A DNA stretch of 64,000 nt from Candidatus Muiribacteriota bacterium (GTDB taxonomy: Bacteria; Muiribacteriota; Muiribacteriia; Muiribacteriales; Muiribacteriaceae), in assembly GCA_051747805.1 (NCBI GenBank), contig JBNJGP010000002.1:7608-71607 (forward strand). The letters run 5' to 3'. Positions 38,059-46,954 of the stretch are shown one piece after another. The notes under the pieces are model-generated. The model was not told where the DNA came from, made no database searches, and saw only the letters and a list, made by a program, of their open reading frames with translations. Numbering within the stretch: the first letter of the stretch is position 1; each line of letters opens with the position of its first letter. Position numbers and translations under genes: made by a program.

Positions 38059-40215
38059 TTACTGGCAATTCTCAACAATAGTAATCGGTTTTTCCCTGAT
38101 TTCTGCTGAATTTTCAAGCGCTTTATACATAATACTTAGACCGTTGGCAAATCCTGATTTTTCCTTTATTTCAAATTTAAGCTCATTGACTCCCTCATTT
38201 AATTTTAAACTTTCTGTTTTTTTTCTTCCTGAAAAAATCTTATAAACAAATCCGTAACAATCTTTTTTGCCAATCGTAAGTCTGCAGAAAAAAACAGAGT
38301 TAATATATATATATAATTCCGATTTTTTTTCTGTATGCTGTGAACATGCGCTAAAGGACAGTTCAAACTTTTCTGGTATTTTATCAAGCTTAAAGTTATA
38401 AGTTATATAACCATAATCGGCCCCTAAAACATGAGTATAACCTTTAAAAAAATCAGTTTCACCTTTCCAGTAAAAAGCAGGTAATCTATTCCACATAGCC
38501 TCTTCCCACATATCTACAGGTATAAAAATATTTCTTCCTTCTTTTTCAGAAAAAGACAACTTATCTTTATTTGAAAGACGAATTGGTCTTTTTGTCACTT
38601 TTTTACATATTTTCACAAACTCTTTTTCAGAAAAATCTTCAGGAATATAAGTTATATTATCAGAAAAATACTCATCCCAGTCATCTGTTAATATTTTTCC
38701 GCCAAAAAAATCAATTTTTTTTCTGAGAGTTGTTCCAGGATGAGGCTGCATAATCTGAAAATCCCATCCAGCCTCAGGCTTAAGTTCTTCTATTAAGTTA
38801 AGGCTGTCTTGAATTGAGGAGGGAGTTTCGCCTGGACTGCCTATAATCATTAGCATTCCTGCAGGAAGCTTTATTTTTTCATGTAATTTTAAGGCCTTTT
38901 TCACATCTTCAACAGTAAAATTCTTGTTTAATTTTTTCAAAATCTCATCATTTCCAGATTCAACTCCATAAGTAACTTTAACGCAACCAGCTTTTTTCAT
39001 TAAAGTTAAAAGTTTTAAATCAACCATGTTTACCCTGGTATTGCACCTCCATTTAATATTAATATTCTTTTTTATAAGGGTTTTACAGAATTCAACAACC
39101 TTATCTTTAAAAACAGTAAAAGCATCATCATCAATAACAAAATTATAAATATTATATTTTTCAATTATATAAGTTATTTCTTTTATAATTCTTTCGATAG
39201 ACATTATTCTGACCCGTCTTTTCCACATATGGGGAGATTCACAGAATATACAATTTGAAGGACATCCTCTTGAAAACATTACAACTGCCGATACAAGGCT
39301 TCCCGTATCCTCAAAGGTAATATCATCAAAAATATACCCCCGGGTCGGCATAATACTTCTATTTATTAATGGTATTTTATCTGCCTCAAGAAACTCTGCC
39401 TCAGAATTTTTAATAATCTTTTTACCTTTTCTATAAATCAGGGAGGGAATTTTACAAAATTCAACATTATTATTTTCTATACTTTTTAATAATTTCAAAA
39501 AGGGAATCTCGCCCTCACCGCTGATAATAAAATCCATTTTTGAGTTATTCATTATATAATCATAGTTCATTGTGGCAAAAACACCACCCATTACAGTAAG
39601 GCACTCAGGATATAATTCTCTGAAGAGATTGGCAAGATTCATAGCTCCCTTTGCCTGATAAGTCATTCCCGTAATTCCTAATATATTAAATTTATTTTTT
39701 CTGGCATACTCAACAACTTCGTAATTATCAAATCCTGAGTAATTCATGTTGATAATTTCAACATCGTAATAATCCTCAATAATAGAGGCAATACAGCCAA
39801 GACCAAGAGTTACGGTTGTTTTAAAAGGGGCTTTCTCAGATACTCTTGGATTAACAAGCAGCACTCTGGGTCTGGAGATTGATTTCACTATATATTCTAA
39901 AACTCTGTGCTTGGCCTCTTTTTCTAAATAGTTGACAGTTTCAGAGGGACTTAAATAAAAATCAGGTCTACATTTAACACATTTTTTTGGCAGATCTTTT
40001 TTCAAAATATGATTCAACCTGAATTTTTTCATAGAATCACTTTCCCATAATTTGAAAATATTATTATCTATATCTCCAATTTTTAAATCAAGTGTTAAAT
40101 CATAATTACATACAGTTACTGAACCGTCAGCTCTTAAAACAGGGGATTTAAAAACTGCACCGCAGGGAAGTTTATGTTTTAGATAATATGTCAATTTTTC
40201 CTCCTCCTTGGGCAA
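38059..40215 (-). CDS. Cobalamin-binding (class B) radical SAM enzyme preceded by a detached SPASM-like segment. The start is a TTG, and it may be the 3' part of a frameshifted gene
   Basis: aa 15-90 (LPCGAVFKSPVLRADGSVTVCNYD...CVKCRPDF) aligns with the C-terminal SPASM segment of the neighbouring paralogs. A B12-binding Rossmann-like region follows (ILGITGMTYQAK...VMGGVFAT). The radical SAM core is SRGCPSNCIFCESP, and about 200 aa of unknown C-terminal domain follow. Confidence 0.75.
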   Translation of the reverse strand: MPKEEEKLTYYLKHKLPCGAVFKSPVLRADGSVTVCNYDLTLDLKIGDIDNNIFKLWESDSMKKFRLNHILKKDLPKKCVKCRPDFYLSPSETVNYLEKEAKHRVLEYIVKSISRPRVLLVNPRVSEKAPFKTTVTLGLGCIASIIEDYYDVEIINMNYSGFDNYEVVEYARKNKFNILGITGMTYQAKGAMNLANLFRELYPECLTVMGGVFATMNYDYIMNNSKMDFIISGEGEIPFLKLLKSIENNNVEFCKIPSLIYRKGKKIIKNSEAEFLEADKIPLINRSIMPTRGYIFDDITFEDTGSLVSAVVMFSRGCPSNCIFCESPHMWKRRVRIMSIERIIKEITYIIEKYNIYNFVIDDDAFTVFKDKVVEFCKTLIKKNINIKWRCNTRVNMVDLKLLTLMKKAGCVKVTYGVESGNDEILKKLNKNFTVEDVKKALKLHEKIKLPAGMLMIIGSPGETPSSIQDSLNLIEELKPEAGWDFQIMQPHPGTTLRKKIDFFGGKILTDDWDEYFSDNITYIPEDFSEKEFVKICKKVTKRPIRLSNKDKLSFSEKEGRNIFIPVDMWEEAMWNRLPAFYWKGETDFFKGYTHVLGADYGYITYNFKLDKIPEKFELSFSACSQHTEKKSELYIYINSVFFCRLTIGKKDCYGFVYKIFSGRKKTESLKLNEGVNELKFEIKEKSGFANGLSIMYKALENSAEIREKPITIVENCQ

Positions 40216-40948
40216 TATTTTTCAAAAACTCGGTATTCTTTAGAATTCCTGCCTGTTTTAATGCTTTTTCATAAAGATTATTAGCCTCTGCCTGATTTAT
40301 TTGCAGTTTATCACTTTGAACAGTTAAGGGTCTTATATTTACGCCATTTTCGAGTGCCATACTGCAGTTTAAACTAATTTCAAAATCAAGTTTATTTTCT
40401 GTAAACACTTTTTTCCAGAAAGAAATAAAATAACTAAGTTCATTATAATTTTCATTTTGAACAATAAACTGAATCATAGTTTTTATATTATTGTTTTCTC
40501 TAACCTTTTTTAAGAAATTTTTAATATTCTCTATAACTTTTTCAAAATTTCCACCCACTCTTATTTTATTATAAGCTCCCTCACAAAAGGCATCAACAGA
40601 AAATATCACGCTGAGTTTTTTATCCCTGGCCGCGTCCATTATTGCCTCGACTTTTTTAGAGTTCAACAGTTCCCCGTTAGTATCAAAACAAATGTGATTG
40701 ATTTTTTTGCTTTCAGATAATTTATACATTATTTTTTCAAAATCAGGATGCATGAGAGATTCTCCCGCCCAGAAAGTTCTCAGTACGTTTATTTTATAAC
40801 TTGAGCTTTCTAATTGAAAAAGAAATTTTTCAACTGTATCAAGTTCCATAAAAAGTGGCGGAAGCACATCTCTATTTTTAAGAAAACACATTCTGCAACG
40901 ATAATTACATTTATTTGTAAGTTCTAAAGTTAAATCAATAGTGTTCAA
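40172..40948 (-). CDS. Radical SAM core domain protein lacking the SPASM tail (paralog 2, probably the 5' part of a split gene)
   Basis: CNYRCRMC, FWAGESLMHPDF, DTNGELL and KIRVGGNFEKVIENIKNF are all collinear with the other paralogs. The ORF ends before the Cys-rich C-terminal domain. Its 3' end overlaps the next ORF (40172-40215) in the +1 frame. Confidence 0.7.
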   Translation of the reverse strand: MNTIDLTLELTNKCNYRCRMCFLKNRDVLPPLFMELDTVEKFLFQLESSSYKINVLRTFWAGESLMHPDFEKIMYKLSESKKINHICFDTNGELLNSKKVEAIMDAARDKKLSVIFSVDAFCEGAYNKIRVGGNFEKVIENIKNFLKKVRENNNIKTMIQFIVQNENYNELSYFISFWKKVFTENKLDFEISLNCSMALENGVNIRPLTVQSDKLQINQAEANNLYEKALKQAGILKNTEFLKNIAQGGGKIDILSKT

Positions 40949-42126
40949 CTTTCTAATTCCCTTTTGTAAATGTTTAATTCTTCTTCTGATATATAGGGAG
41001 TATCAAGGCCTGAACAGTTTAAACATTTTTTATCCCCGTTATGAGTCAAAACTTTGTCAAAATCTCCATTTAAATGATTTTTTCTCATCTCGGTTAATTT
41101 ATCGCCAAACCATAGATCTGAGAAAGTATAATCTTTCAGGTTTCCCAAAGCAAGTTCCATTGAAGGGTCAAAACAACATACAGTAAGCGAACCGTCCCAC
41201 TTTATAGAGGGAGTTTTCCATAAGCCCGAGCAAGGTCTTCTTATTGTTTTGTCTTTTTCCTCATTTTTTTGTTTATCCTGCTCTGGATTCCAGAGATTAA
41301 AACTTGAAACAATAATTTCTGCCTCTTCAAGAACCTCTGATTTAAGGTTGAACTTTTCCATAGTATCCATATATATTTTCTGGGCCTCAAAAATTCTGTC
41401 AGTATCAAGTCTTTTAAACCATATAACATCATCAGGCGGAGTTATATTTATTTTTTTGCCTATTTTACGACCCAGTGAATATCCGGACAGGCCGGTGATT
41501 TTATTTAAATATTTTGCTTTAGAACCTGTACTGTATTTCTGTAATTTTTTAAGCCAGGATTTTTTAAACTCCAGGGCCTCATCTTTGTTTTCTTCCATAA
41601 CAATAAACTGAAAAATTAAACCAGGTTTTTTCTTTTTAAGCGCGGCCCTTTTTTTTAAAAAATTTTCTATATTTTCAACCGCCCTGTTTAAGTCTCCGCC
41701 CCTTCTTATTTTTTTATAAGTGTCTGGTTTCACAGCATCCAGACTTAAAGTTATTCTGGGTATCCGCTGAGAATACTCTAAAAGAAGCTCAATAATCTCA
41801 TCAGAAAGAAAATAAGCATTTGTATGAAGGTCTATGTAATAATTGCCCTTATTCTCTGAATTTAAAATATTATTACACTCTTTAAGCATATCAGCAAAAA
41901 CAGGATTTAAAAAAGGTTCTCCCAGCCAGAAAAGTTTCAGACCACAGGCAGCATTCATTTCAGGAAGTTCTTTTATGATTTTTTTAAAGAGTTTTTTATC
42001 CATAAATCCCTGTTTAGAAGAGTGTGGTCCCTCAGGCCTGTCATGACAGCACATTATACAGTTATAATTACAAAAATCGGTTAGTTCTACAAGAATATAT
42101 TGATCCAGAAAGTTTTGCATCCACAT
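40945..42126 (-). CDS. Radical SAM / SPASM-twitch enzyme (paralog 3)
   Basis: CNYNCIMCC, FWLGEPFLNPVF, KIRRGGDLNRAVENIENF, C-terminal PCSGLWKTPSIKWDGSLTVCC and CLNC. Confidence 0.8.
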   Translation of the reverse strand: MWMQNFLDQYILVELTDFCNYNCIMCCHDRPEGPHSSKQGFMDKKLFKKIIKELPEMNAACGLKLFWLGEPFLNPVFADMLKECNNILNSENKGNYYIDLHTNAYFLSDEIIELLLEYSQRIPRITLSLDAVKPDTYKKIRRGGDLNRAVENIENFLKKRAALKKKKPGLIFQFIVMEENKDEALEFKKSWLKKLQKYSTGSKAKYLNKITGLSGYSLGRKIGKKINITPPDDVIWFKRLDTDRIFEAQKIYMDTMEKFNLKSEVLEEAEIIVSSFNLWNPEQDKQKNEEKDKTIRRPCSGLWKTPSIKWDGSLTVCCFDPSMELALGNLKDYTFSDLWFGDKLTEMRKNHLNGDFDKVLTHNGDKKCLNCSGLDTPYISEEELNIYKRELES

Positions 42127-43236
42127 TTAAAAATCCTCTAAATATTTTAAATACTCATCAAACCCGTATTTTTTCAAATATTTTTCCAGTTCTTTTTTAT
42201 TTATCTCAGGAGAATCAAGGTTATTACATTTTATACATTTGGGCATTGTCTCAAGCTCGCCTTTAATATGCGCAAGTCTGTAATTATGACATTTTTTTGA
42301 ATGCCATAAATCCTCAAGTGAAACGTTTTTAATATTCCCGAGAGACAGCTCCCTCAAAGTATCTATACAACAGACTGTCACCTCTCCCTCCCAGTTAACC
42401 ATAACATATTTAAACGGCCCGGAACACGGATAACGCCTTTTTTCTCCTCTGTATTCACGGCTTTCAACAGCTCTTTCTTCTCTGTTTGATTTATTTTTTA
42501 TTAATCCCAGTTCTACCATTTTATCAAAATGAAGCTTTTCAGATTTCGCCAGATTTTCATGTTTAATTGGATTCAGTCTTTTAAAAAAAATTGTATCTTT
42601 AATCATAGGAGGGTGCCAGTCATAATTTGTCTGAAAATCTATACGATTTTTTTTTAAAAAATTTTTCCAGTAATTATAAAAACTTAAAACTTCATGTTTA
42701 TTTTCTTCCATAATTATAAATTGAAGAGTTATACGTGGAACCCCTGTTTTTTTCCGTCTTTTAAATAATTTTTCTATATTATTTACTACTTTATCAAATG
42801 AACGATTTTTTCTTATATTATAATAAGTTTCAGAAGAGGCAGCATCCAGGGAGAAACTTAAGGTAAACGGAACACTTGCCTTATTTGAAATTAATTCTAT
42901 CACTTCTTCATTAATACCTGTACCATTAGTATGCAAGTCTATTGTTTTAAAGTATCTTCCAGTTTCATTTATTCTGAATATTTCCGCAAGAAAATCATTA
43001 AATTCAGGATGAAGCGTGGACTCTCCAAGACCAAACGGGATTAATTTATCAAAATACATATCTTTTTGAACAATTTCATCTATAAGCTTAGAAAAAATTT
43101 TTTTATCCATAAAACCTTTCTTGGCAACATTTTGTGATTGTGTACACATAATGCAGGAACAGTTACAGAAATTTGTAACCTCAAGCCCTAAAACAGTATT
43201 ATCAAAAAAATTTTTTAACATTTTAACTTCTTCCAA
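42127..43236 (-). CDS. Radical SAM / SPASM-twitch enzyme (paralog 4)
   Basis: CNCSCIMC, FGLGESTLHPEF, C-terminal PCSGPFKYVMVNWEGEVTVCC and CIKC. Confidence 0.8.
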   Translation of the reverse strand: MEEVKMLKNFFDNTVLGLEVTNFCNCSCIMCTQSQNVAKKGFMDKKIFSKLIDEIVQKDMYFDKLIPFGLGESTLHPEFNDFLAEIFRINETGRYFKTIDLHTNGTGINEEVIELISNKASVPFTLSFSLDAASSETYYNIRKNRSFDKVVNNIEKLFKRRKKTGVPRITLQFIIMEENKHEVLSFYNYWKNFLKKNRIDFQTNYDWHPPMIKDTIFFKRLNPIKHENLAKSEKLHFDKMVELGLIKNKSNREERAVESREYRGEKRRYPCSGPFKYVMVNWEGEVTVCCIDTLRELSLGNIKNVSLEDLWHSKKCHNYRLAHIKGELETMPKCIKCNNLDSPEINKKELEKYLKKYGFDEYLKYLEDF

Positions 43237-46200
43237 ACCTATTTTTATATATTTTTATTAATTTTTCCTCTCCAACACTGTAAAGCCAGCTTTCAACCTC
43301 TTCATCCTTAAGAGGATATTTGACCCAGTTTAAACAATCCCTGCATTTTGGAAGCTTATCAAATTCTCCAAGCACATGGGCTAGCCTGAGCTCTTTTAAA
43401 GCGTCTCCATACCATACACTTTCAAGCCCCTCTTCAATAACATTTCCAATAGGCATTTTCACCTGATCATCACGACAGCATGCTGTAGCCCAACCATCCC
43501 ATGTAATAGAACACATCTGCCAGAGTGAACGACAGGGTCTTCTTTTAACTCCTTTTTTTACAGAAGAAATTATTTCTCTGTGTTTCTGAGCTTTTGTAAG
43601 AGCATTAGGTTCCAACGACTTAATAAAAACAACGTCTTTATCTATCTGAGGAAAAAGAAGGTTAGGCTTTGTGGGAAGATTATACTTATTATCTTCTTTT
43701 CTTCCAGCATAAATAACCTCATCTATACCAATTTTCCTTCCAAGTTCAACAAAAGACATAATTTCATCTACATTTTCATCCATAACTATAAACTGTAAAA
43801 TTACAGCAGGTCTCAAAACATTAGCCTCTTTCCTTTTTAACATTAATCTTTTAATATTCTCAATTACAACATTAAGCTCGCCGTTAACTCTTATTTTTTG
43901 GTATGTTTCTTCAGTTGCCGCATCTATAGAAAATAAGATTGAATCAAGCTCAGAATTAATAAGGGTTTCTATATGTTCATCAGTTAACACATTTCCATTT
44001 GTATGAATATTATAATGCTGTATATTTCCTGGAATTCTTCTAATCTGAGATAAAAGCTCTATAAATTCATTTATCTGAGGATGAATAAACGATTCTCCAA
44101 GCCAGTATGGAACAACTTCCCAGATATTGAGCTTTTTACTTTTTATTTCATCAGTAATTTTTTTAAAATCCTTAAGTTTCATGACTCCGAGGCTGCGCTC
44201 GAAAGAATTATCTCCGTGATTACACATAATACATGATAAATTACATAAATTTGTCGGCTCTATAAAAAGTGCGGCACCGGATAATCCCCATTTTTTAGAT
44301 TTTCTGGTTTCTTCAATCCGTATATCTTTAAGAGAAAAACTATTTTTTCCTTTTTTAATATTTTTTTCCATCAGATAAGAAATATCTTTATAATCATAAA
44401 GCGTACCAGAAATATTTATTTTAGGCGAAGAGGTTGAAATTTTATTTTCAAGATTCTCTATGAATGTATTTTCTTTCTTTATGTTTGAAATTTTACTTAA
44501 CTTTTGTGATTTACCTCTCATTAAACTCACCGGACTCCAAGTTGCAAAGTAAACTCTACCCTGAACAGGAACTTTCTGCCATTCAAGGCCAATATAAAAT
44601 TCATAATTTATCACTTTTTGAAGTGAAGCTTTTCCTTCAAGTTTATTCAAAGGAATGTTTACCTTGGTAAAAACACTGCTTTCAGTTAATGATGTCCATT
44701 CATAAGAAGAAATATTATTGTCAGTATCTCTGATAGAAAAACGAACTTTAAATCCAGGTTTATCAGATAAAAAATTAAAAGTAATAAATTTTTTACCTTT
44801 AAAAGAAACAGGCTGACCAAAATCATTTCTTTTTAAAATAATCCAGTTCTCAAGACTGTTTTCAGTATTTATACCAAAATCAACTTTCAGGCAGGGATAA
44901 TTCAGCATAGGGTGTTTCCAGGCACCATTAATATTAATAAATGAATCTTTACCACTTGATACCCAGTAATTTTTCAACTCAGAATCTCCGAAAAAATTGA
45001 AATCCTCAAGATTATAATATAAATCAGAGCTTATTTTATTTCCAGCAATACGTGGTAATGTAAAATTAATAATTCCTTTTTTGCTTTTTTCTGAGCTTAT
45101 ATTGTTGAAATGAAATTCAACATATTTAATATGCGCGAAATTAAAAGAAAGATTTTTTTCAACGTTAAAATCCGATTTTTTAAATATTATATTTGAAAGA
45201 TTCCCGCCCCGAATAATATCTGCTTTAGAGCTTATTTCATTATTTTCTATGTCAGTTAAAACAAATTTAACCGTAGCATTAAGGCTCGAGTTTATAATAG
45301 AACTAATCTGATTGAATCCAGAAAAATCCGTTGTTTCTGAAAAAAGCATATTAAATCTTATAATCAAAAAATTTTCACCATTATCAACAATTCTGAAACT
45401 AACTTCATTTTGTGATAATTTTTTACTGTTTGAAATAATGTTGTTGCTCTCAACCAGAGAAATAAAATTTTCATTAATCTTATAATCCGGGGTATCGTAC
45501 AAAACTTCATTTTTCTGTTTTGTATTCTGAACAACTTTTTCAATATCTGCAGCATAAAAAACAATTTTATACAATTTTATATTTTCGTATTCTTCCCCAT
45601 TTATATACAAGTTTAATGATTTTAAAAATTTTGCGTCCCCGGAAGCATCCTGCCATACAGGAAAGAAAAAATCTTTTATCTTAAAATAATAAAAACACGA
45701 ATTTACTGGAACTCCCCTTACAGGATTTGACCACTTTTCCAACCCGTTATCTGTTTCAAGAATCAACCTTAAATCGTTTCGGGGATATTTAGTTAAATAT
45801 AAACCTATTCCTTCTATTTCTTCGAGTATGAGATTAACTAATTCTGAATGGGTAATTTTTACTATAGAATAGGCAGATTTATCAACTTCTGAACCCGAAT
45901 AGTCTATCTCAAGAGAGTTACTTTCAAGATTTAAGTTAATTTCTGAGTCTTTTGACTCAGTCCTCAAATTCAGCTTTCTGAGCTCTGACGCCTCAATAGA
46001 AGAGACTTCATAACCTGCCGGTATTTCTTCAGTCTGCTGCGATTGAATAAAAAAGCCGTTAATAACCGCATTTATTTTTGAAGCAGCTTTTATTAAAAAG
46101 TTGACACCAGTTAATTTAAACTTTTTAAAAGAAACAGGTTTTTTCAAAACAAACTCACTACTGTTTCTAATTTCAGGCAAAAAAGTGTTTTTTCCACCTT

Positions 46201-46954
46201 CAAATTCAAGTTCCACTAGTATGCGCGCTTTTTCCAGGAAATCTATTTTTAAGAGAATTCCACAAAAATCTTTCGAGGCTCTATTTTTAAAAAAAGAAAA
46301 ATCTATTTTATTCCAGCCTGAGTTTTGATTAAAGTCTCCTTTAATTATTAGTTTATTATTTTCTAAATAGCAACTATCTTTATTTAAATAACTTCTTTTT
46401 GTTTCTACTTTCCCATTAAAATATTCAAAAAAAGGAGTTTTATACATCTCAACTCCAAACATTGGAGGAACCTCAATATAATATAAATCCAAAAACTCTA
46501 ATTCTATCTTTTTAGTTTTATTATTTAAATAAAATCCAACAGATAAAATATCCCCGAATAATTTAATATTTTTATCGCTCCATTTAGGCGCTGAAAAATC
46601 ACTAAACAAAAAGTGTATTTTATTTTTACCTTTCTTTAATTTAGTGAATTTTGTAAAAAATTCATTTTGAGCGGAATCTTTTAGAACTAAGGCAAAATAA
46701 CATTTATCACTGGCTTTAATTTCAAGTTCAAACCCCCTTAAACTTGCACTGTCTATAAAAACAGGCTGAAAATATTCACACCAGATGACTTCTTCTGTTT
46801 TTTTTAAAGTCTGTTTAGAATCGTCCAGATAAGTCTCAAAAAAATCAACAGGCCCCTTTTCTGTGATATAAACACCATTATAGGCATTGATGAAAATTTT
46901 TCTTTTTTTTATATTCTCATGGGCAAATAAAATATTTTCCATCTTTTTTACCAA
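43223..46954 (-). CDS. 1243-aa fusion: about 880-aa N-terminal domain of unknown function plus a C-terminal radical SAM / SPASM-twitch module (paralog 5)
   Basis: The last 360 aa or so carry CNLSCIMCNH, YWLGESFIHPQI, HTNGNVL, KIRVNGELNVVIENIKRL, PCRSLWQMCSITWDGWATACC and CRDC. The N-terminal region has no signal peptide or TM and looks beta-rich by composition. Confidence 0.75.
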   Translation of the reverse strand: MVKKMENILFAHENIKKRKIFINAYNGVYITEKGPVDFFETYLDDSKQTLKKTEEVIWCEYFQPVFIDSASLRGFELEIKASDKCYFALVLKDSAQNEFFTKFTKLKKGKNKIHFLFSDFSAPKWSDKNIKLFGDILSVGFYLNNKTKKIELEFLDLYYIEVPPMFGVEMYKTPFFEYFNGKVETKRSYLNKDSCYLENNKLIIKGDFNQNSGWNKIDFSFFKNRASKDFCGILLKIDFLEKARILVELEFEGGKNTFLPEIRNSSEFVLKKPVSFKKFKLTGVNFLIKAASKINAVINGFFIQSQQTEEIPAGYEVSSIEASELRKLNLRTESKDSEINLNLESNSLEIDYSGSEVDKSAYSIVKITHSELVNLILEEIEGIGLYLTKYPRNDLRLILETDNGLEKWSNPVRGVPVNSCFYYFKIKDFFFPVWQDASGDAKFLKSLNLYINGEEYENIKLYKIVFYAADIEKVVQNTKQKNEVLYDTPDYKINENFISLVESNNIISNSKKLSQNEVSFRIVDNGENFLIIRFNMLFSETTDFSGFNQISSIINSSLNATVKFVLTDIENNEISSKADIIRGGNLSNIIFKKSDFNVEKNLSFNFAHIKYVEFHFNNISSEKSKKGIINFTLPRIAGNKISSDLYYNLEDFNFFGDSELKNYWVSSGKDSFININGAWKHPMLNYPCLKVDFGINTENSLENWIILKRNDFGQPVSFKGKKFITFNFLSDKPGFKVRFSIRDTDNNISSYEWTSLTESSVFTKVNIPLNKLEGKASLQKVINYEFYIGLEWQKVPVQGRVYFATWSPVSLMRGKSQKLSKISNIKKENTFIENLENKISTSSPKINISGTLYDYKDISYLMEKNIKKGKNSFSLKDIRIEETRKSKKWGLSGAALFIEPTNLCNLSCIMCNHGDNSFERSLGVMKLKDFKKITDEIKSKKLNIWEVVPYWLGESFIHPQINEFIELLSQIRRIPGNIQHYNIHTNGNVLTDEHIETLINSELDSILFSIDAATEETYQKIRVNGELNVVIENIKRLMLKRKEANVLRPAVILQFIVMDENVDEIMSFVELGRKIGIDEVIYAGRKEDNKYNLPTKPNLLFPQIDKDVVFIKSLEPNALTKAQKHREIISSVKKGVKRRPCRSLWQMCSITWDGWATACCRDDQVKMPIGNVIEEGLESVWYGDALKELRLAHVLGEFDKLPKCRDCLNWVKYPLKDEEVESWLYSVGEEKLIKIYKNRFGRS

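Noticed and set aside
38205-38387. Small minus-strand ORFs nested inside larger genes (38205..38387, 14184..14378, 15687..15869, 18003..18185, 20814..21026, 41241..41432, 45364..45564, 57205..57396)
   Set aside because: They are alternative-frame ORFs inside confidently called long genes, with no independent support.
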